DNA of 64,000 nt from Oculatellaceae cyanobacterium bins.114 (lineage in GTDB: Bacteria > Cyanobacteriota > Cyanobacteriia > Elainellales > Elainellaceae): positions 28,449 through 92,448 of the forward strand of contig JANRJA010000086.1 in the NCBI GenBank assembly GCA_033764315.1, in the 5' to 3' direction. A program made the position numbers and the translations under genes. Shown here piece by piece: positions 22,224 through 33,369 of this stretch. Below the pieces are notes generated by a model. The model saw nothing but the letters and a program-made list of their open reading frames with translations, was not told the origin of the DNA and did not search any database. Positions within the stretch are counted from its first letter, which is position 1. Each line of letters starts with the position of its first letter.

Positions 22224-23453
22224 ATGGCACGCGCAAAATTTGAAAGAACCAAACCCCACGTCAACATTGGCACAATTGGTCACGTTGACCACGGCAAAAC
22301 AACCCTGACAGCCGCTATCACAATGACTTTGGCGGCGTTGGGTCAGGCTCAAGCAAGAAAGTACGATGAGATTGATGCGGCTCCTGAAGAGAAAGCTCGG
22401 GGCATCACGATTAACACAGCTCACGTCGAATATGAGACTGAGAATCGTCACTATGCTCACGTAGATTGTCCAGGGCACGCTGACTATGTGAAGAACATGA
22501 TCACAGGGGCAGCCCAAATGGATGGTGCTATCCTCGTGGTTGCGGCAACAGATGGCGCGATGCCTCAAACTAAAGAGCACATCTTGTTGGCAAAACAAGT
22601 GGGTGTTCCTAGCATGGTGGTCTTTCTGAATAAGGTAGACCAAGTTGATGATGAAGAACTTTTGGAACTTGTTGAACTAGAATTGCGCGAGCTTCTAAGT
22701 GACTATGAGTTCCCTGGTGATGATATTCCAATCATCCGGGGTTCGGGGTTGATGGCATTAGAAGCCATGATTAAAAATCCTAAAACTAGCAAAGGTGACA
22801 ATGAGTGGGTTGATAAGATCTACGAATTGATGGATGCTGTTGACTCCTTCATCCCCACGCCTGAGAGAGATATAGACAAGCCATTCTTAATGGCGGTAGA
22901 AGATGTCTTCTCCATCACAGGTCGGGGTACTGTTGCTACAGGTCGGATTGAGCGTGGCAAAGTCAAAATCGGTGATGATGTTGAGCTTGTAGGCATTCGC
23001 GATACCCAAAAAACCAAGGTAACTGGGATCGAGATGTTTAAGAAGAGCTTAGAAGAAGGGATGGCAGGCGATAACGCGGGTCTCCTACTTCGCGGTGTCC
23101 AGAAGACTGATATTGAGCGCGGCATGGTGATTGCTAAGCCTGGCTCAATTACTCCTCACACTCAATTTGAGGGTGAAGTTTACATTCTGACTGAAAAAGA
23201 GGGGGGGCGCAAAACTCCTTTCTTCCCTGGATATAAGCCTCAGTTCTATGTTCGGACAACGGATGTAACGGGAACAATCGCGGCTTTCACAGCTGACGAT
23301 GGTAGTGCAGCTGAAATGGTAATGCCCGGCGATCGCATCAAGATGACTGTTGAGTTAATCAACGCGATCGCAATCGAACAAGGGATGCGCTTTGCCATCC
23401 GTGAAGGGGGTCGTACCATTGGTGCTGGCGTTGTCTCTAAGATCGTCAAGTAA
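22224..23453 (+). CDS. tuf: Elongation factor Tu
   Basis: [17 protein letters not shown] and [16 protein letters not shown]. Confidence 0.99.
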   Translation: MARAKFERTKPHVNIGTIGHVDHGKTTLTAAITMTLAALGQAQARKYDEIDAAPEEKARGITINTAHVEYETENRHYAHVDCPGHADYVKNMITGAAQMDGAILVVAATDGAMPQTKEHILLAKQVGVPSMVVFLNKVDQVDDEELLELVELELRELLSDYEFPGDDIPIIRGSGLMALEAMIKNPKTSKGDNEWVDKIYELMDAVDSFIPTPERDIDKPFLMAVEDVFSITGRGTVATGRIERGKVKIGDDVELVGIRDTQKTKVTGIEMFKKSLEEGMAGDNAGLLLRGVQKTDIERGMVIAKPGSITPHTQFEGEVYILTEKEGGRKTPFFPGYKPQFYVRTTDVTGTIAAFTADDGSAAEMVMPGDRIKMTVELINAIAIEQGMRFAIREGGRTIGAGVVSKIVK

Positions 23454-23486
23454 CGCTCACCGATTTAGGTTGGCTCATCTTTGATC

Positions 23487-23518
23487 ATCAGCAGTCGATC
23501 TTTAGATTGGCTGCTGAT
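23487..23518 (+). terminator. Hairpin after tuf (terminator or stabilising stem)
   Basis: ATCAGCAGTCGATC-TTTA-GATTGGCTGCTGAT, a 14-bp stem with two G-U pairs. Confidence 0.6.
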
Positions 23519-23679
23519 TATTCTGGAGCTAATATCTTTAAGGTCTAGTCAACCAACCGATCAACGATTGGTTGCACGCTAACTTTTACCGCGTTTTATC
23601 AAAGTAGGCTAGACCAGTTTTTGTAGTTCACTCTTCAAATTGAACCTAGACAATTTAATCAGTTCATAGAGGTATATTC

Positions 23680-23997
23680 ATGGCAGCTATTCAACAACAA
23701 AAGATTCGTATTCGCCTGAAAGCATTTGATCGTCGTTTATTAGACACATCTTGCGAAAAGATTGTGGATACGGCTAACCGGACAAATGCCACTGCCATCG
23801 GTCCTATTCCTTTACCAACTAAGCGTCGGATCTATTGCGTTTTGCGATCGCCCCACGTTGATAAAGACTCCCGAGAGCATTTTGAGACTCGTACCCATCG
23901 CCGCATTATTGACATTTATCAGCCTTCTTCTAAGACCATTGACGCATTGATGAAACTTGATTTACCCGCTGGCGTCGATATCGAGGTTAAGTTATAA
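23680..23997 (+). CDS. rpsJ: 30S ribosomal protein S10
   Basis: [17 protein letters not shown] and [14 protein letters not shown]. Confidence 0.99.
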   Translation: MAAIQQQKIRIRLKAFDRRLLDTSCEKIVDTANRTNATAIGPIPLPTKRRIYCVLRSPHVDKDSREHFETRTHRRIIDIYQPSSKTIDALMKLDLPAGVDIEVKL

Positions 23998-24152
23998 CCT
24001 CCTGATTGCTGCCGAGAGACCTAAACAATGCGATAAACTAGGGATTAGTGACATTCAGCAGTTGAAAACTTTGCTTTAGCTACGGCAAGTAGTGTTTGTA
24101 AGGTTACACTTTTGTTCTGCTTGTGGGATCCCTAATGGGGATGAAAATTACG

Positions 24153-24797
24153 ATGACCTTTTCATCTGTTGCTGTACGAGAGCTTCCCTTGTTTCCATTG
24201 CCTGAGGTAGTCCTATTTCCTGACAGGCGGCTTCCCCTTCATATCTTTGAGTTTCGGTATCGAATCATGATGAATACAATCCTTCAAAGCGATCGCCGCT
24301 TTGGGGTGTTGATGGTCGATCCAATTGAGGGTAAAGTCGCCAATGTCGGTTGCTGTGCAGAAATCATCCATTGTCAGCGTTTGCCTGACGATCGTCTAAA
24401 AATTATGACGTTGGGTCAGCAGCGATTTCGAGTTTTAGATTATGTGCGTGAAAAACCCTATTATGTCGGGTTAGTAGAGTGGATTGAAGACCACCCTACA
24501 GAGCGAGACATTCAGACCCTCTCAGTCGAAGTAGACCAGTTATTAAGAGATGTGGTGCGGCTGTCGGCTAAGCTGACGGGTCAAGAAATTGAGCTTCCTG
24601 ATGACATTCCAGATTCTCCTATTGAGTTATCTTATTGGGTTGCAAGCAATTTGTATGGGGTTGCTCAAGAGCAGCAGTCACTTTTAGAAATGCAAGATAC
24701 AGGGACTCGTTTAGAACGCGAGGCAGAGATTTTAACATCTACCCGTAATCATCTGGCAGCCCGTACCGTTCTAAAAGATGCTTTTCAATCTGAATGA
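24153..24797 (+). CDS. Lon peptidase N-terminal substrate-binding domain protein
   Basis: ELPLFPLPEVVLFP...LPLHIFEFRYRIM. No AAA+ or protease domain. Confidence 0.92.
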   Translation: MTFSSVAVRELPLFPLPEVVLFPDRRLPLHIFEFRYRIMMNTILQSDRRFGVLMVDPIEGKVANVGCCAEIIHCQRLPDDRLKIMTLGQQRFRVLDYVREKPYYVGLVEWIEDHPTERDIQTLSVEVDQLLRDVVRLSAKLTGQEIELPDDIPDSPIELSYWVASNLYGVAQEQQSLLEMQDTGTRLEREAEILTSTRNHLAARTVLKDAFQSE

Positions 24798-24818
24798 CCT
24801 CAATAACCCTGTCCCAAT

Positions 24819-25661
24819 TTAAGAACTAAGGGGCAAAATTGCATAACTTCCAAAGATTTTTAGGGTCTCGGTGTATTGCTGGAGTTCTTCTAAGGCATCT
24901 TGCACCGATGGGTAGTGTACATCTACCTCGATATCAATAAAAAAAAGATATTCTCCCAGCGATCGCTTGGTTGGGCGAGACTCAATGCGGCTCAGGTTAA
25001 TATCCCTCTGAGCAAAAATTTGTAGCACTTTGGCTAAGGCCCCTGGTAAATTAGCAGGCAAACTAAAGGCGAGAGAGGTATGACTGCCACCCGGTGAGGG
25101 TTCTAAACTGAGTGCCCAAAAACGAGTGCAGTTATCAGGGTGGTCGTTAATGGGATGTGCCAAGGTGGGCAGATGATAGAGCTGAGCAGCCCGTTGAGAA
25201 GCGATCGCCGCTACCGTTTCATCTTGTTCTAGATATTGCAATGCCTCTGTCGTTGAGTGGGTAGGAAGCAACTGGGCATTAGGTAACGCTGTTTCTAGCC
25301 ACCCTTGGCACTGTGCTAATGCTTGAGGATGGGAGTAGACCGTTCGCAGTCCTTCTAGGTGCTTAGCATACGATAGCAAGGCGTGAGAAATCGGGAGCAC
25401 AAGTGCCTGTTGAATGCGTAATGCATCCAGTTGCCACAAAGTATCAAGCGTAACGGTGACACTGCCCTCAATAGAATTCTCAACCGGCACAACCGCAACT
25501 TGGGATTGTTGGGAGGCGATCGCTCTCAAGCAATGGGCAATCGTGGGATAAGGATGGAAGTGAGACTCAATTTCTCGTTGTTTAAGAGCAGCACTATAGG
25601 CAAGCGCAGCAACTTCTGAGTATGTTCCGGAAGGGCCTAAGTAAGCGATCGCTAGAGACAT
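24819..25661 (-). CDS. pheA: Prephenate dehydratase
   Basis: YLGPSGTYSE, VPVENSIEGSV, SHPQALAQC, NCTRF and the ACT-domain motif IESRP. Confidence 0.96.
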   Translation of the reverse strand: MSLAIAYLGPSGTYSEVAALAYSAALKQREIESHFHPYPTIAHCLRAIASQQSQVAVVPVENSIEGSVTVTLDTLWQLDALRIQQALVLPISHALLSYAKHLEGLRTVYSHPQALAQCQGWLETALPNAQLLPTHSTTEALQYLEQDETVAAIASQRAAQLYHLPTLAHPINDHPDNCTRFWALSLEPSPGGSHTSLAFSLPANLPGALAKVLQIFAQRDINLSRIESRPTKRSLGEYLFFIDIEVDVHYPSVQDALEELQQYTETLKIFGSYAILPLSS

Positions 25662-25870
25662 AGAGTCGGCTGTAAGGTCTTAATCAAGTTGAGCAACTGA
25701 AACAGCAGAATTATTGAGAAATTACTACATTGGGTTAAGCATAATCAGAAAGTTTACTGGGAAACACGTATACTTCCTAAAATCAACGTTGTTTTCTTGG
25801 AAAAATTGTAAAATTTAGTTAAAGACAGTTCTGAACAGTTCACATTCAATCTCATCTCCCCCAACCTCCC

Positions 25871-26458
25871 ATGTCTATTCGCTTTACTGCGTCCCAATCG
25901 GTTGAATTGGCTGTTCCAGAGCAGCCCATTCCCATTCAACATTACCTCCGTCAACCTCAGCGTTTGATTCGAGCACTAGTTGACCCAAGCCGAATGGAGC
26001 AGTTAAGTGCTGATAGCTTTCGCCTCAAGATGCGTCCCATCAGCTTTATGATGTTGAGCTTGCAACCTGTTGTAGACATGCGAGTCTGGTCAGAGGCAAA
26101 TGGCACCATTCGTTTAGAATCGATTGGGTGTGAGATTCGTGGTATTGAGTATATCAATCAACGGTTTAAGCTGAATTTAGTGGGAAAGCTTAGCCCTGTT
26201 GTGGTTAACCAGACGACGCATTTGCGGGGAAGGGCTGATTTAGAGGTGCAGGTAGAATTGCCTCCCGCTTTTTTAATGACACCCAAACCGCTGTTAGAAG
26301 CAACAGGTAATGGATTGCTGCGGAGCGTCTTGTTGACCGTCAAACAACGATTGATGCACCAACTGTTAGTGGATTATCGCAAATGGGTCACAGCTCAGAC
26401 TGTAGATGCTCAGAATGAGCGATCGCCCATGTTGCCAAGCAACAGCCCTATCATCTAG
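25871..26458 (+). CDS. DUF1997 family protein
   Basis: PIQHYLRQPQRL and LEATGNGLLRSVLLTVKQRL match the conserved cyanobacterial/plant family. Confidence 0.8.
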   Translation: MSIRFTASQSVELAVPEQPIPIQHYLRQPQRLIRALVDPSRMEQLSADSFRLKMRPISFMMLSLQPVVDMRVWSEANGTIRLESIGCEIRGIEYINQRFKLNLVGKLSPVVVNQTTHLRGRADLEVQVELPPAFLMTPKPLLEATGNGLLRSVLLTVKQRLMHQLLVDYRKWVTAQTVDAQNERSPMLPSNSPII

Positions 26459-26461
26459 GGT

Positions 26462-27103
26462 TCACCTATCTTGCAGATCAATTGCTGGCATACGACAAGG
26501 GCTAAATGAGCGACGGTGATAGAGTGTCACCCCTAGCTGTTGTAAAGCTTGCCGATGCTTGGCTGTGCCATAGCCTTTATTAGTCGCCAAATCATAGCCT
26601 GGATATCGTTGTGCGAGACGGGTTATCAATTCGTCTCGCCATACTTTAGCGATAATGCTAGCCGCCGCGATCGCCAAAGACTGTTGATCACCCTTAATCA
26701 GAGTTTGTTGGGGAATAGGCAGATGAGGCACTCTCTGATTGCCATCAATCAGGCATAGCTGTGGTGCGGGAACTAACCGTGAAATAGCCCGCCGCATCGA
26801 CAGCAAAGACGCTTGCAAGATGTTGAGCCGATCAATCTCACGAACCGATGCAATCCCAATTTTGCAATCAATGGCGATCGCTCGAATTAGATGCCCCAAT
26901 GCCACTCGCTGGGTTGCCGTAAGCTGCTTGCTATCAGTCACTCCTGCTGCCATCAAATCTGCTGTCGCCATCTCTGGCAAAATTACCGCTGCCGCCACAA
27001 CAGGGCCAAACAACGCTCCTCGCCCTACTTCATCAACACCCGCAACACAATCTGTATGGGGAAGGGGGCTGGTCTCCAACAAAGTAAGCTGTTGAGGAAT
27101 CAC
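26462..27103 (-). CDS. rnhB: Ribonuclease HII
   Basis: AGVDEVGRG, DSKQL, AAASIIAKVWRD, KGYGT and HRRSF. Confidence 0.97.
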   Translation of the reverse strand: MIPQQLTLLETSPLPHTDCVAGVDEVGRGALFGPVVAAAVILPEMATADLMAAGVTDSKQLTATQRVALGHLIRAIAIDCKIGIASVREIDRLNILQASLLSMRRAISRLVPAPQLCLIDGNQRVPHLPIPQQTLIKGDQQSLAIAAASIIAKVWRDELITRLAQRYPGYDLATNKGYGTAKHRQALQQLGVTLYHRRSFSPCRMPAIDLQDR

Positions 27104-27128
27104 GATTAATGGTTCATCCTCCTAAGGC

Positions 27129-29153
27129 TTAGTCCTCTGATGTAGAAACAGAGGAGCGGCGGCGACGGCGGCGACGATTAACACCACCATCTTCAGCTTC
27201 CGCTTCAGGGTCAGACGCATAAGAAGGAGTCGATTCTTCAATGTCAGTCACCGCCATCACTGCCTCTGACGGGAGCTGTTGCTCTTCTGCTTCTGTTTCC
27301 ACCTCTTCCTCAACAGGGGTTTCTTCAACAGCTGGAATCAGAGTTACTACTGAACCATTGCCTAACTTCGCACCTTCACCGGGCAATGCAACTTTGACCA
27401 CAACTGACTTTGGATCCTTCACTGACTCTGTCGTCAAAATCAGGGGTGAAATTCCCATCAAGGCATAAACCTCCTGCTCATCAGGAGTCATTTCAACACT
27501 AATGATTTGAGGAGGTTCAGGAGCATGCTTTTCACGCCCACGAGGTGGACGATTACGCTCTGTTTTCTCAAGTCGATTTTCTTTGGGTGCTAACGTTGGT
27601 GCAGGAATTGTAAAGGGTTCCTCTGGGGTAAATCCATCCCCTTCTGCATCTAGTTCTGGTTTCAGACCGTTAATTTTAGGAACTGGTTCACCAATGCGAC
27701 CCCGACTGCGGCGACGGCGACGGTTATCACCACGACCTCGCTCTTGATAGTTCGGGTGGTTCATGAGAGACAACTCTTGCAAATCTGACGCTGGCTCAGC
27801 GTCAAACTCTTCATTGCTACTGCTACTCTCCCAAGTCTCTTGAAACTGAGGCAAGCGAGGCTGAGGTTGAGGAATCGAACGAGTTACAGCTTCTATCGGT
27901 TCTGTGAGCCGTTCAGCTTCACCAGGTAAGTGAACCAAATGCCCTAACCCGCCACAGGTCGTACAAGGACGTCCAAATAATTCGTAAATGTTTTGTCCCT
28001 GCCGCTTACGAGTGAGTTCGACCAGTCCTAATTCTGTCAACTGAGCAATTTGAGGACGGGCTTTGTCAGCTCGTAAGGCTTTGTTAAATTGTTCAAGGAC
28101 TTGCAATTGGTCACGCCGAGAGTCCATGTCAATGAAATCAATAATGATTACTCCGGCAATATTTCGCAGTCGCAATTGACGAGCAATTTCTAGGGCAGCT
28201 TCACAGTTAGTCCACAAGACTGTTTCGCGAGCAGTGGCAGAGCGGGTAAAAGACCCAGAGTTGACATCAATCACTGTTAACGCTTCTGTGCGTTCGATAA
28301 TGATGTAGCCACCAGAGGGCAGATCTACTCTTGGCTTGAGGGCCTCTCGAATTGCCGCATTGACTCGGAAGTACTCCAAGATAGAAACGCGATCGCGGTG
28401 GTGATCAATTAACACCCCTTGAGGCGATCGCCCACCGCTCCAGTTCATTAAATGTTGCTTGACTCGCTTCATCCCCGTATGCGAATCAACGACAATGCGG
28501 TTTACATCAGCACTGTAAACATCTCGCAAAACTCGTTGAATAAAATCATCGTCTCGATTTAGCAAACTGGGGGCACGGGTCGTCAGGGCCTCTTGCCGAA
28601 TGTTTTCCCACTGTTTTTGCAGCGATTCTAGATCTTCCATAATGGCTTCTTCTGCCATTCCTTCTGCTTCAGTGCGGACGAGTAACCCCATTCCAGCAGG
28701 TTTAATTAGAACCGCCAACGCTCTCAACCGATTTCGCTCATTCTCGTTGCGAATGCGCCTGGAAAGATTTACACCGCGACCAGAGGGCATCAATACTAAA
28801 TAACGACCCGGAAGACTGACATTTCCGGTTAACCGAGGCCCCTTATTGCCCGTTGGCTCTTTCATCACCTGCACCAACACTTTTTGTTGGGGTTCTAGCA
28901 ATTCGGTAATAGAGCCAGCCGCCCGCTTGAGCCGGAGTGGGCCCAAGTCAGTCACGTGGATAAATCCGTTCCGCTCGGTGTCCCCTAAATTAACAAATGC
29001 TGCATCAATCCCAGGTAATACATTCTCGACAACTCCTAAATAGATGTCACCGACTTGGTGACTGCCGGTTGCAACAATTAATTCTTGAATCTGGTCTTCT
29101 GAAAAAACAGCAGCAATCCGATGTTGTTCTGCAATAATGATTTGCTTCGACAT
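27129..29153 (-). CDS. rne: Ribonuclease E (Rne/Rng family)
   Basis: S1 domain, IDVNSG, DFIDM, CTTC and the C-terminal RRRRRRSS motif typical of cyanobacterial RNase E. Confidence 0.97.
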   Translation of the reverse strand: MSKQIIIAEQHRIAAVFSEDQIQELIVATGSHQVGDIYLGVVENVLPGIDAAFVNLGDTERNGFIHVTDLGPLRLKRAAGSITELLEPQQKVLVQVMKEPTGNKGPRLTGNVSLPGRYLVLMPSGRGVNLSRRIRNENERNRLRALAVLIKPAGMGLLVRTEAEGMAEEAIMEDLESLQKQWENIRQEALTTRAPSLLNRDDDFIQRVLRDVYSADVNRIVVDSHTGMKRVKQHLMNWSGGRSPQGVLIDHHRDRVSILEYFRVNAAIREALKPRVDLPSGGYIIIERTEALTVIDVNSGSFTRSATARETVLWTNCEAALEIARQLRLRNIAGVIIIDFIDMDSRRDQLQVLEQFNKALRADKARPQIAQLTELGLVELTRKRQGQNIYELFGRPCTTCGGLGHLVHLPGEAERLTEPIEAVTRSIPQPQPRLPQFQETWESSSSNEEFDAEPASDLQELSLMNHPNYQERGRGDNRRRRRSRGRIGEPVPKINGLKPELDAEGDGFTPEEPFTIPAPTLAPKENRLEKTERNRPPRGREKHAPEPPQIISVEMTPDEQEVYALMGISPLILTTESVKDPKSVVVKVALPGEGAKLGNGSVVTLIPAVEETPVEEEVETEAEEQQLPSEAVMAVTDIEESTPSYASDPEAEAEDGGVNRRRRRRRSSVSTSED

Positions 29154-29515
29154 TCAATTTCCTCAAAAAGTGGCTGCACAGAAGGCACAATCTCAATGGG
29201 TACCATTCTGTGAAAAGTTAAGACTGAAAAACAAACGAAAAATTCTGACATATAGGGAGGCGATGAAGCTGCTCCAACCTAGTAAATGCCACATCGTTCA
29301 CCAAGCCAAATTGGCTGAACGCAGTGACGAACGATTAAGCAACCGTCCATCGAACAATTCTTGGAAAGATACCTTATCCCTAAGAACCAGGCACCCAACT
29401 GAACCAAGATGGAAAACTAAAGTGTTACAGATGCGACTGACCCCACTCTCATTACCGATTGAACCACTGGCAACCGCTTGGGCTTCTGATCTGCAACAGC
29501 TTCTATTAGTCAAGC

Positions 29516-29521
29516 ATTATA
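29516..29521 (-). promoter_or_regulatory. Candidate -10 box (TATAAT) for rne, implying a long 5' leader
   Basis: ATTATA on the + strand, about 360 bp upstream of the rne ATG. No clear -35. Confidence 0.45.
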
Positions 29522-29675
29522 GCGTGCAGTGACGAATCCGCTATTAAAAGTGAACGATTCGTGAAAAAATGCTCGGAAAATCACAGGAACCAACGTCTCA
29601 GGGAGAAGTCACCCTCACCCCCACCATATCTCAAGCGATGCTGTGTTGGGTAGGGATAGACCCAACGAAACGAGT

Positions 29676-32354
29676 TTAGAGGTCACCTAATATCAGTTGA
29701 TGACGATGACTATGGCGCAGTTGAAATTGCCGTTGAGACACCTGCTCTAGCATGTAAATGACGTGCTCTGGGCGCAGCAGCGTGCCGTCATTGCGGCAAC
29801 TACCTCTGTAATGCAGGGTCACCAGAGACGCTGTTAACGTTGTCAGAGATAGCAACTCCTCAGGCGTTTGATCTGGGTTGAGGCACTCTAAGCAAAACAG
29901 GCGATCGCGCAAGTTGACTATGCGCTTTTTACCCGATTTACTAGTTTGTTCCCACTCAATCACATCCATTGCCTGCACCGCATCAATCCAGGTCTGCCAA
30001 TCAGCATCACTTGGAGCGATCTCAGACTCACTCTCTAAGACGGGACTGAGAACTATGTGATAGTCAGCACGATCAAGCAATTGCGTTGCCGAGGGCGCAT
30101 CAACCGCGATCGCCTCGACTCGGTAAACTGGCATTTCGGCTGGGAGCTGAGCCGATAATTTGGCTTGAAACTCCGCTACATCCATCACTTCAGTGAGTTC
30201 AAAATCCACAATTTCTCCAGAACTCGTGGTGCCCAACGGTAAAGCACTCGCAGGAGAAATGCGTGGATTTGGATGAAACCCTCCAGTAAAAGCGATAGGC
30301 AGCGCAGCACGGCGCACTACCCGTTCAAATAACCGCACCAAGTCTAAATGGCTGACCAATGCCATATCTCCCCGTTTACCGTGCCACACCCGCAACCGTT
30401 GCACCCGTCGTTGATTAGGAACAAACTCTCCAGCAAAAACTGGAATCGGAGGTGGAGGAATGACGATATTATGTCCAAAATCGGGTCCACAAATCCCACA
30501 GTGAGAACATCCTTCAAAGGAGCAATCAGGAACGATCGCGGCCTCTAATGCTCGTTGTAGATCCTGCTTGAGCCAGTCTTTGTCAATTCCAGTGTCAAGA
30601 TGGTCCCAGGGAAGAGGGGCGTCTAATGAGGTCGCGAGGGAAAAGTGAGAAACAGATAAGGAAGGGTCAAAGACATTCCATTCACCATTCTCGATTTGGC
30701 GATATTTCCAGGTCAGATCAGACTCTTCGATTGCTCCAGTCCAAGCTGCAAAAGCACAGTCTAAATTCTCCCACCAGGCATCCATGCCTGCTCCTAGCTC
30801 CCAAGCTCGGCGAACAACGCTAGCAAGACGGCGATCGCCTCGTCCTACAAAATCTTCCATCGCTGAAATCCGCACATCTGTGAAATTGGCTTTTAAGCCA
30901 CGAATGCTGCGAAACTCGCGTCGTAATAGCTCCTGCTTGCGCTTAAACTCTGTTGTTGAAACCGAATGCCACTGAAAGGGAGTGTGTGGCTTAGGGGTGA
31001 AGTTAGAGATGGTCACATTGAAACTGATGCGTTTGCGACCGGGGATATAGCACTCCTGTTGCAACCAACGAATCGTTTCTGCAACACCCACTACATCCAC
31101 ATCCGTTTCACCCGGCAGACCGATCATGAAATAGAGTTTGATTTTATCCCAACCCTGCTCATATGCCGTTTTGACTCCCCTCAGCAACTCCTCATTGGTC
31201 AGTCCTTTGTTGACAATATCACGCAGTCGTTGGGTGCCTGCTTCAGGTGCAAAGGTAATACTACCTTGACGAGCACCACCCAAAATATGGGCAATATTTT
31301 CATCAAAGCGATCGACTCGTTGGCTCGGCAAACTTAGGGAAATATTGTCATTTTGCAATCGATTTTTGATCTCTGTGCCAATCGCAGGCAACGCTAAATA
31401 ATCAGAACAACTGAGAGACAACAGCGAAAACTCGTTGTATCCTGTTGCCCGCATGCCCTGCTCAATAGCCTCGATCACCTGATCAGGCTCAACATCCCGT
31501 GCTGGACGAGTCAGCATTCCTGGCTGACAAAACCGACATCCCCGGGTGCACCCCCGACGAATCTCGATTGTCAAGCGATCGTGTACGGTTTCTACATAAG
31601 GCACCAGACCAATTGAATACGCCGGAATAGGAGTTGCTACACGTCGCAAAATCCGCGCAGGCACATCGTCTCGATTGCGTTGCACAGAGCCATCTGGATG
31701 CATGTCATAGAACTGAGGCACGTAAACACCAGGAATCTGAGCCAGATCGAGCAATAAATCTGCTCGGCTCAGTCCAGCTAGCTTGCCTTCCTCTAAAACT
31801 AGTCCAATCTCAGGGAGCAGTTCCTCGCCATCTCCTAAAGCAATGAAATCAAAGAAATCAGCATAGGGTTCTGGATTAGAAGTTGCCGTCTGTCCTCCTG
31901 CAAAGATCAGTGGGTAGCTTCCTTGCTCTACAGCCCATGCACCCGATCTATGACGCTCCTGTGAGGTCAGAGGAATTTTGGCTAAATCCAACATCTCTAA
32001 AATGTTGGTCGCCCCTAACTCATAACTCAGGCTAAAGCCTAAAATATCGAAATCAATTAGCGATCGCCTCGACTCCACAGCAAATAAGGGAGTTTGAGTT
32101 GCCCGCAACTGAGCGGCCAGATCAGGAGCAGGCAGATAAGCGCGATCGCACAACTGGCGAGGCTGAGCATTAAGAATGCTGTAGAGAATAATGTGCCCTA
32201 AGTTAGACGCACCTACTTCATAAATTTCAGGGTATGTCAGTACCCACCGAACCACTGCATCATTCCAGGGTTTGTGAACCGCGCCCAATTCGTTACCCAA
32301 ATAACGAGCCGGACGAGCAATCTCAGAGGTCAATAAAGAATTAACAGCAGTCAC
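29676..32354 (-). CDS. TIGR03960-type radical SAM protein fused to a DUF2344-like C-terminal domain
   Basis: RPARYLGNE, RGCTRGCRFCQ (CxxxCxxC), CSFEGCSHCGIC, then SHLDLVRLFER...FTGGFHPNPRI. Confidence 0.92.
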   Translation of the reverse strand: MTAVNSLLTSEIARPARYLGNELGAVHKPWNDAVVRWVLTYPEIYEVGASNLGHIILYSILNAQPRQLCDRAYLPAPDLAAQLRATQTPLFAVESRRSLIDFDILGFSLSYELGATNILEMLDLAKIPLTSQERHRSGAWAVEQGSYPLIFAGGQTATSNPEPYADFFDFIALGDGEELLPEIGLVLEEGKLAGLSRADLLLDLAQIPGVYVPQFYDMHPDGSVQRNRDDVPARILRRVATPIPAYSIGLVPYVETVHDRLTIEIRRGCTRGCRFCQPGMLTRPARDVEPDQVIEAIEQGMRATGYNEFSLLSLSCSDYLALPAIGTEIKNRLQNDNISLSLPSQRVDRFDENIAHILGGARQGSITFAPEAGTQRLRDIVNKGLTNEELLRGVKTAYEQGWDKIKLYFMIGLPGETDVDVVGVAETIRWLQQECYIPGRKRISFNVTISNFTPKPHTPFQWHSVSTTEFKRKQELLRREFRSIRGLKANFTDVRISAMEDFVGRGDRRLASVVRRAWELGAGMDAWWENLDCAFAAWTGAIEESDLTWKYRQIENGEWNVFDPSLSVSHFSLATSLDAPLPWDHLDTGIDKDWLKQDLQRALEAAIVPDCSFEGCSHCGICGPDFGHNIVIPPPPIPVFAGEFVPNQRRVQRLRVWHGKRGDMALVSHLDLVRLFERVVRRAALPIAFTGGFHPNPRISPASALPLGTTSSGEIVDFELTEVMDVAEFQAKLSAQLPAEMPVYRVEAIAVDAPSATQLLDRADYHIVLSPVLESESEIAPSDADWQTWIDAVQAMDVIEWEQTSKSGKKRIVNLRDRLFCLECLNPDQTPEELLSLTTLTASLVTLHYRGSCRNDGTLLRPEHVIYMLEQVSQRQFQLRHSHRHQLILGDL

Positions 32355-32455
32355 AACGGTGGGTTACCCTCGGCAACTCTAGCGAACTTCACTGATCCAC
32401 TATACCGAATGCTCACCTTTATCGTTGAACCTTAAAACCCAAAGCGGGTTGAAAA

Positions 32456-32791
32456 TTAAGCGATCGCCATTTCAAAGGCAGCGCGATCGTCAAAAATCTC
32501 AAATACTCGGTCTAGCTGAGTCAGCTCAAAAATAATACGACTTGATGGAGAGACACCACAAAGCCCTAATCGCTTATCAAGTCGTTGAGCTAACGAAAGG
32601 GCCGTTACTAAAGCAACCAAACCCGCACTGTCTAAAGACTCAACTTCGCTCATATCCACCAAGAGGGCAGAGCACTGACTGGATGAAACAGATGTTGTCA
32701 ACTCCTGTTGAAAGTCTGCCGCATTAGCTGCATTGAGATGACCGCAAGGCTGAATGACTGCCATTTGGGAGTGAGATAGCACGTTTTGCAT
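32456..32791 (-). CDS. STAS-domain anti-sigma factor antagonist
   Basis: DMSEVESLDSAGL and IFELTQLDRVFEI. Confidence 0.92.
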   Translation of the reverse strand: MQNVLSHSQMAVIQPCGHLNAANAADFQQELTTSVSSSQCSALLVDMSEVESLDSAGLVALVTALSLAQRLDKRLGLCGVSPSSRIIFELTQLDRVFEIFDDRAAFEMAIA

Positions 32792-33258
32792 CGTCCAAGT
32801 CCTACAAATCTACTTAGCAATTGGTGAATCGCCCTTAACAGATGATTCCGAGAATAACCGCACTTTTCCGGACAGAGCTAGAAGCTTCGACCAAATTCGT
32901 CAAAACTTTATCTGTCAACCCCTATTGTTTAAAGTTTTCAGTAAGTATTTCCACCAGGAAGTGTAAGAGAATACGTTTTTTCAAGCTTTTTAGGGGTTTA
33001 AGGGTTGAATCTGTCCAATTTTTGATAAAGAGCAGATAAAGCAATTCTTAAAGCAAATTTTCGTTTAGTCAAGTTTTGCTGCATAAAACAACTAATTTTT
33101 ACAGTTAAAATCTGGTTTTTCCTCCTCAGGATAGTTTCATTGCCCCCCCTGCAAAGGTTATCTGAACAGATATCAAAACTCTTAGTCCGCCCATAACTCT
33201 AATTAGGGCTGTGATGAGGGGCTGTGATTCTGGGGTGCAATAATCTCCGAGATTCGGC

Positions 33259-33274
33259 TGTGATTGTAATCACT
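33259..33274. promoter_or_regulatory. Putative CRP-family (SyCRP1-like) binding site
   Basis: TGTGAT-TGTA-ATCACT, one mismatch to TGTGA-N6-TCACA. Confidence 0.55.
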
Positions 33275-33369
33275 CAAGCTTCACTCTTCGGATCACTTCC
33301 TCTACTAAATATCCAGCAGAGAATGCGTACTAGAAGAACACTACTCACTCGCCTGAAAAGGTACTGGTT

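Noticed and set aside
29137-29532. 131-aa ORF in the rne upstream region
   Set aside because: It is antisense to the probable rne leader, overlaps the rne start, and has no motifs.
32941-32974. Two NtcA-like GT-N10-AC sites (GTA-N8-CAC, GTG-N8-TAC) upstream of the STAS gene
   Set aside because: Both deviate from GTA-N8-TAC, and such degenerate matches are common by chance.
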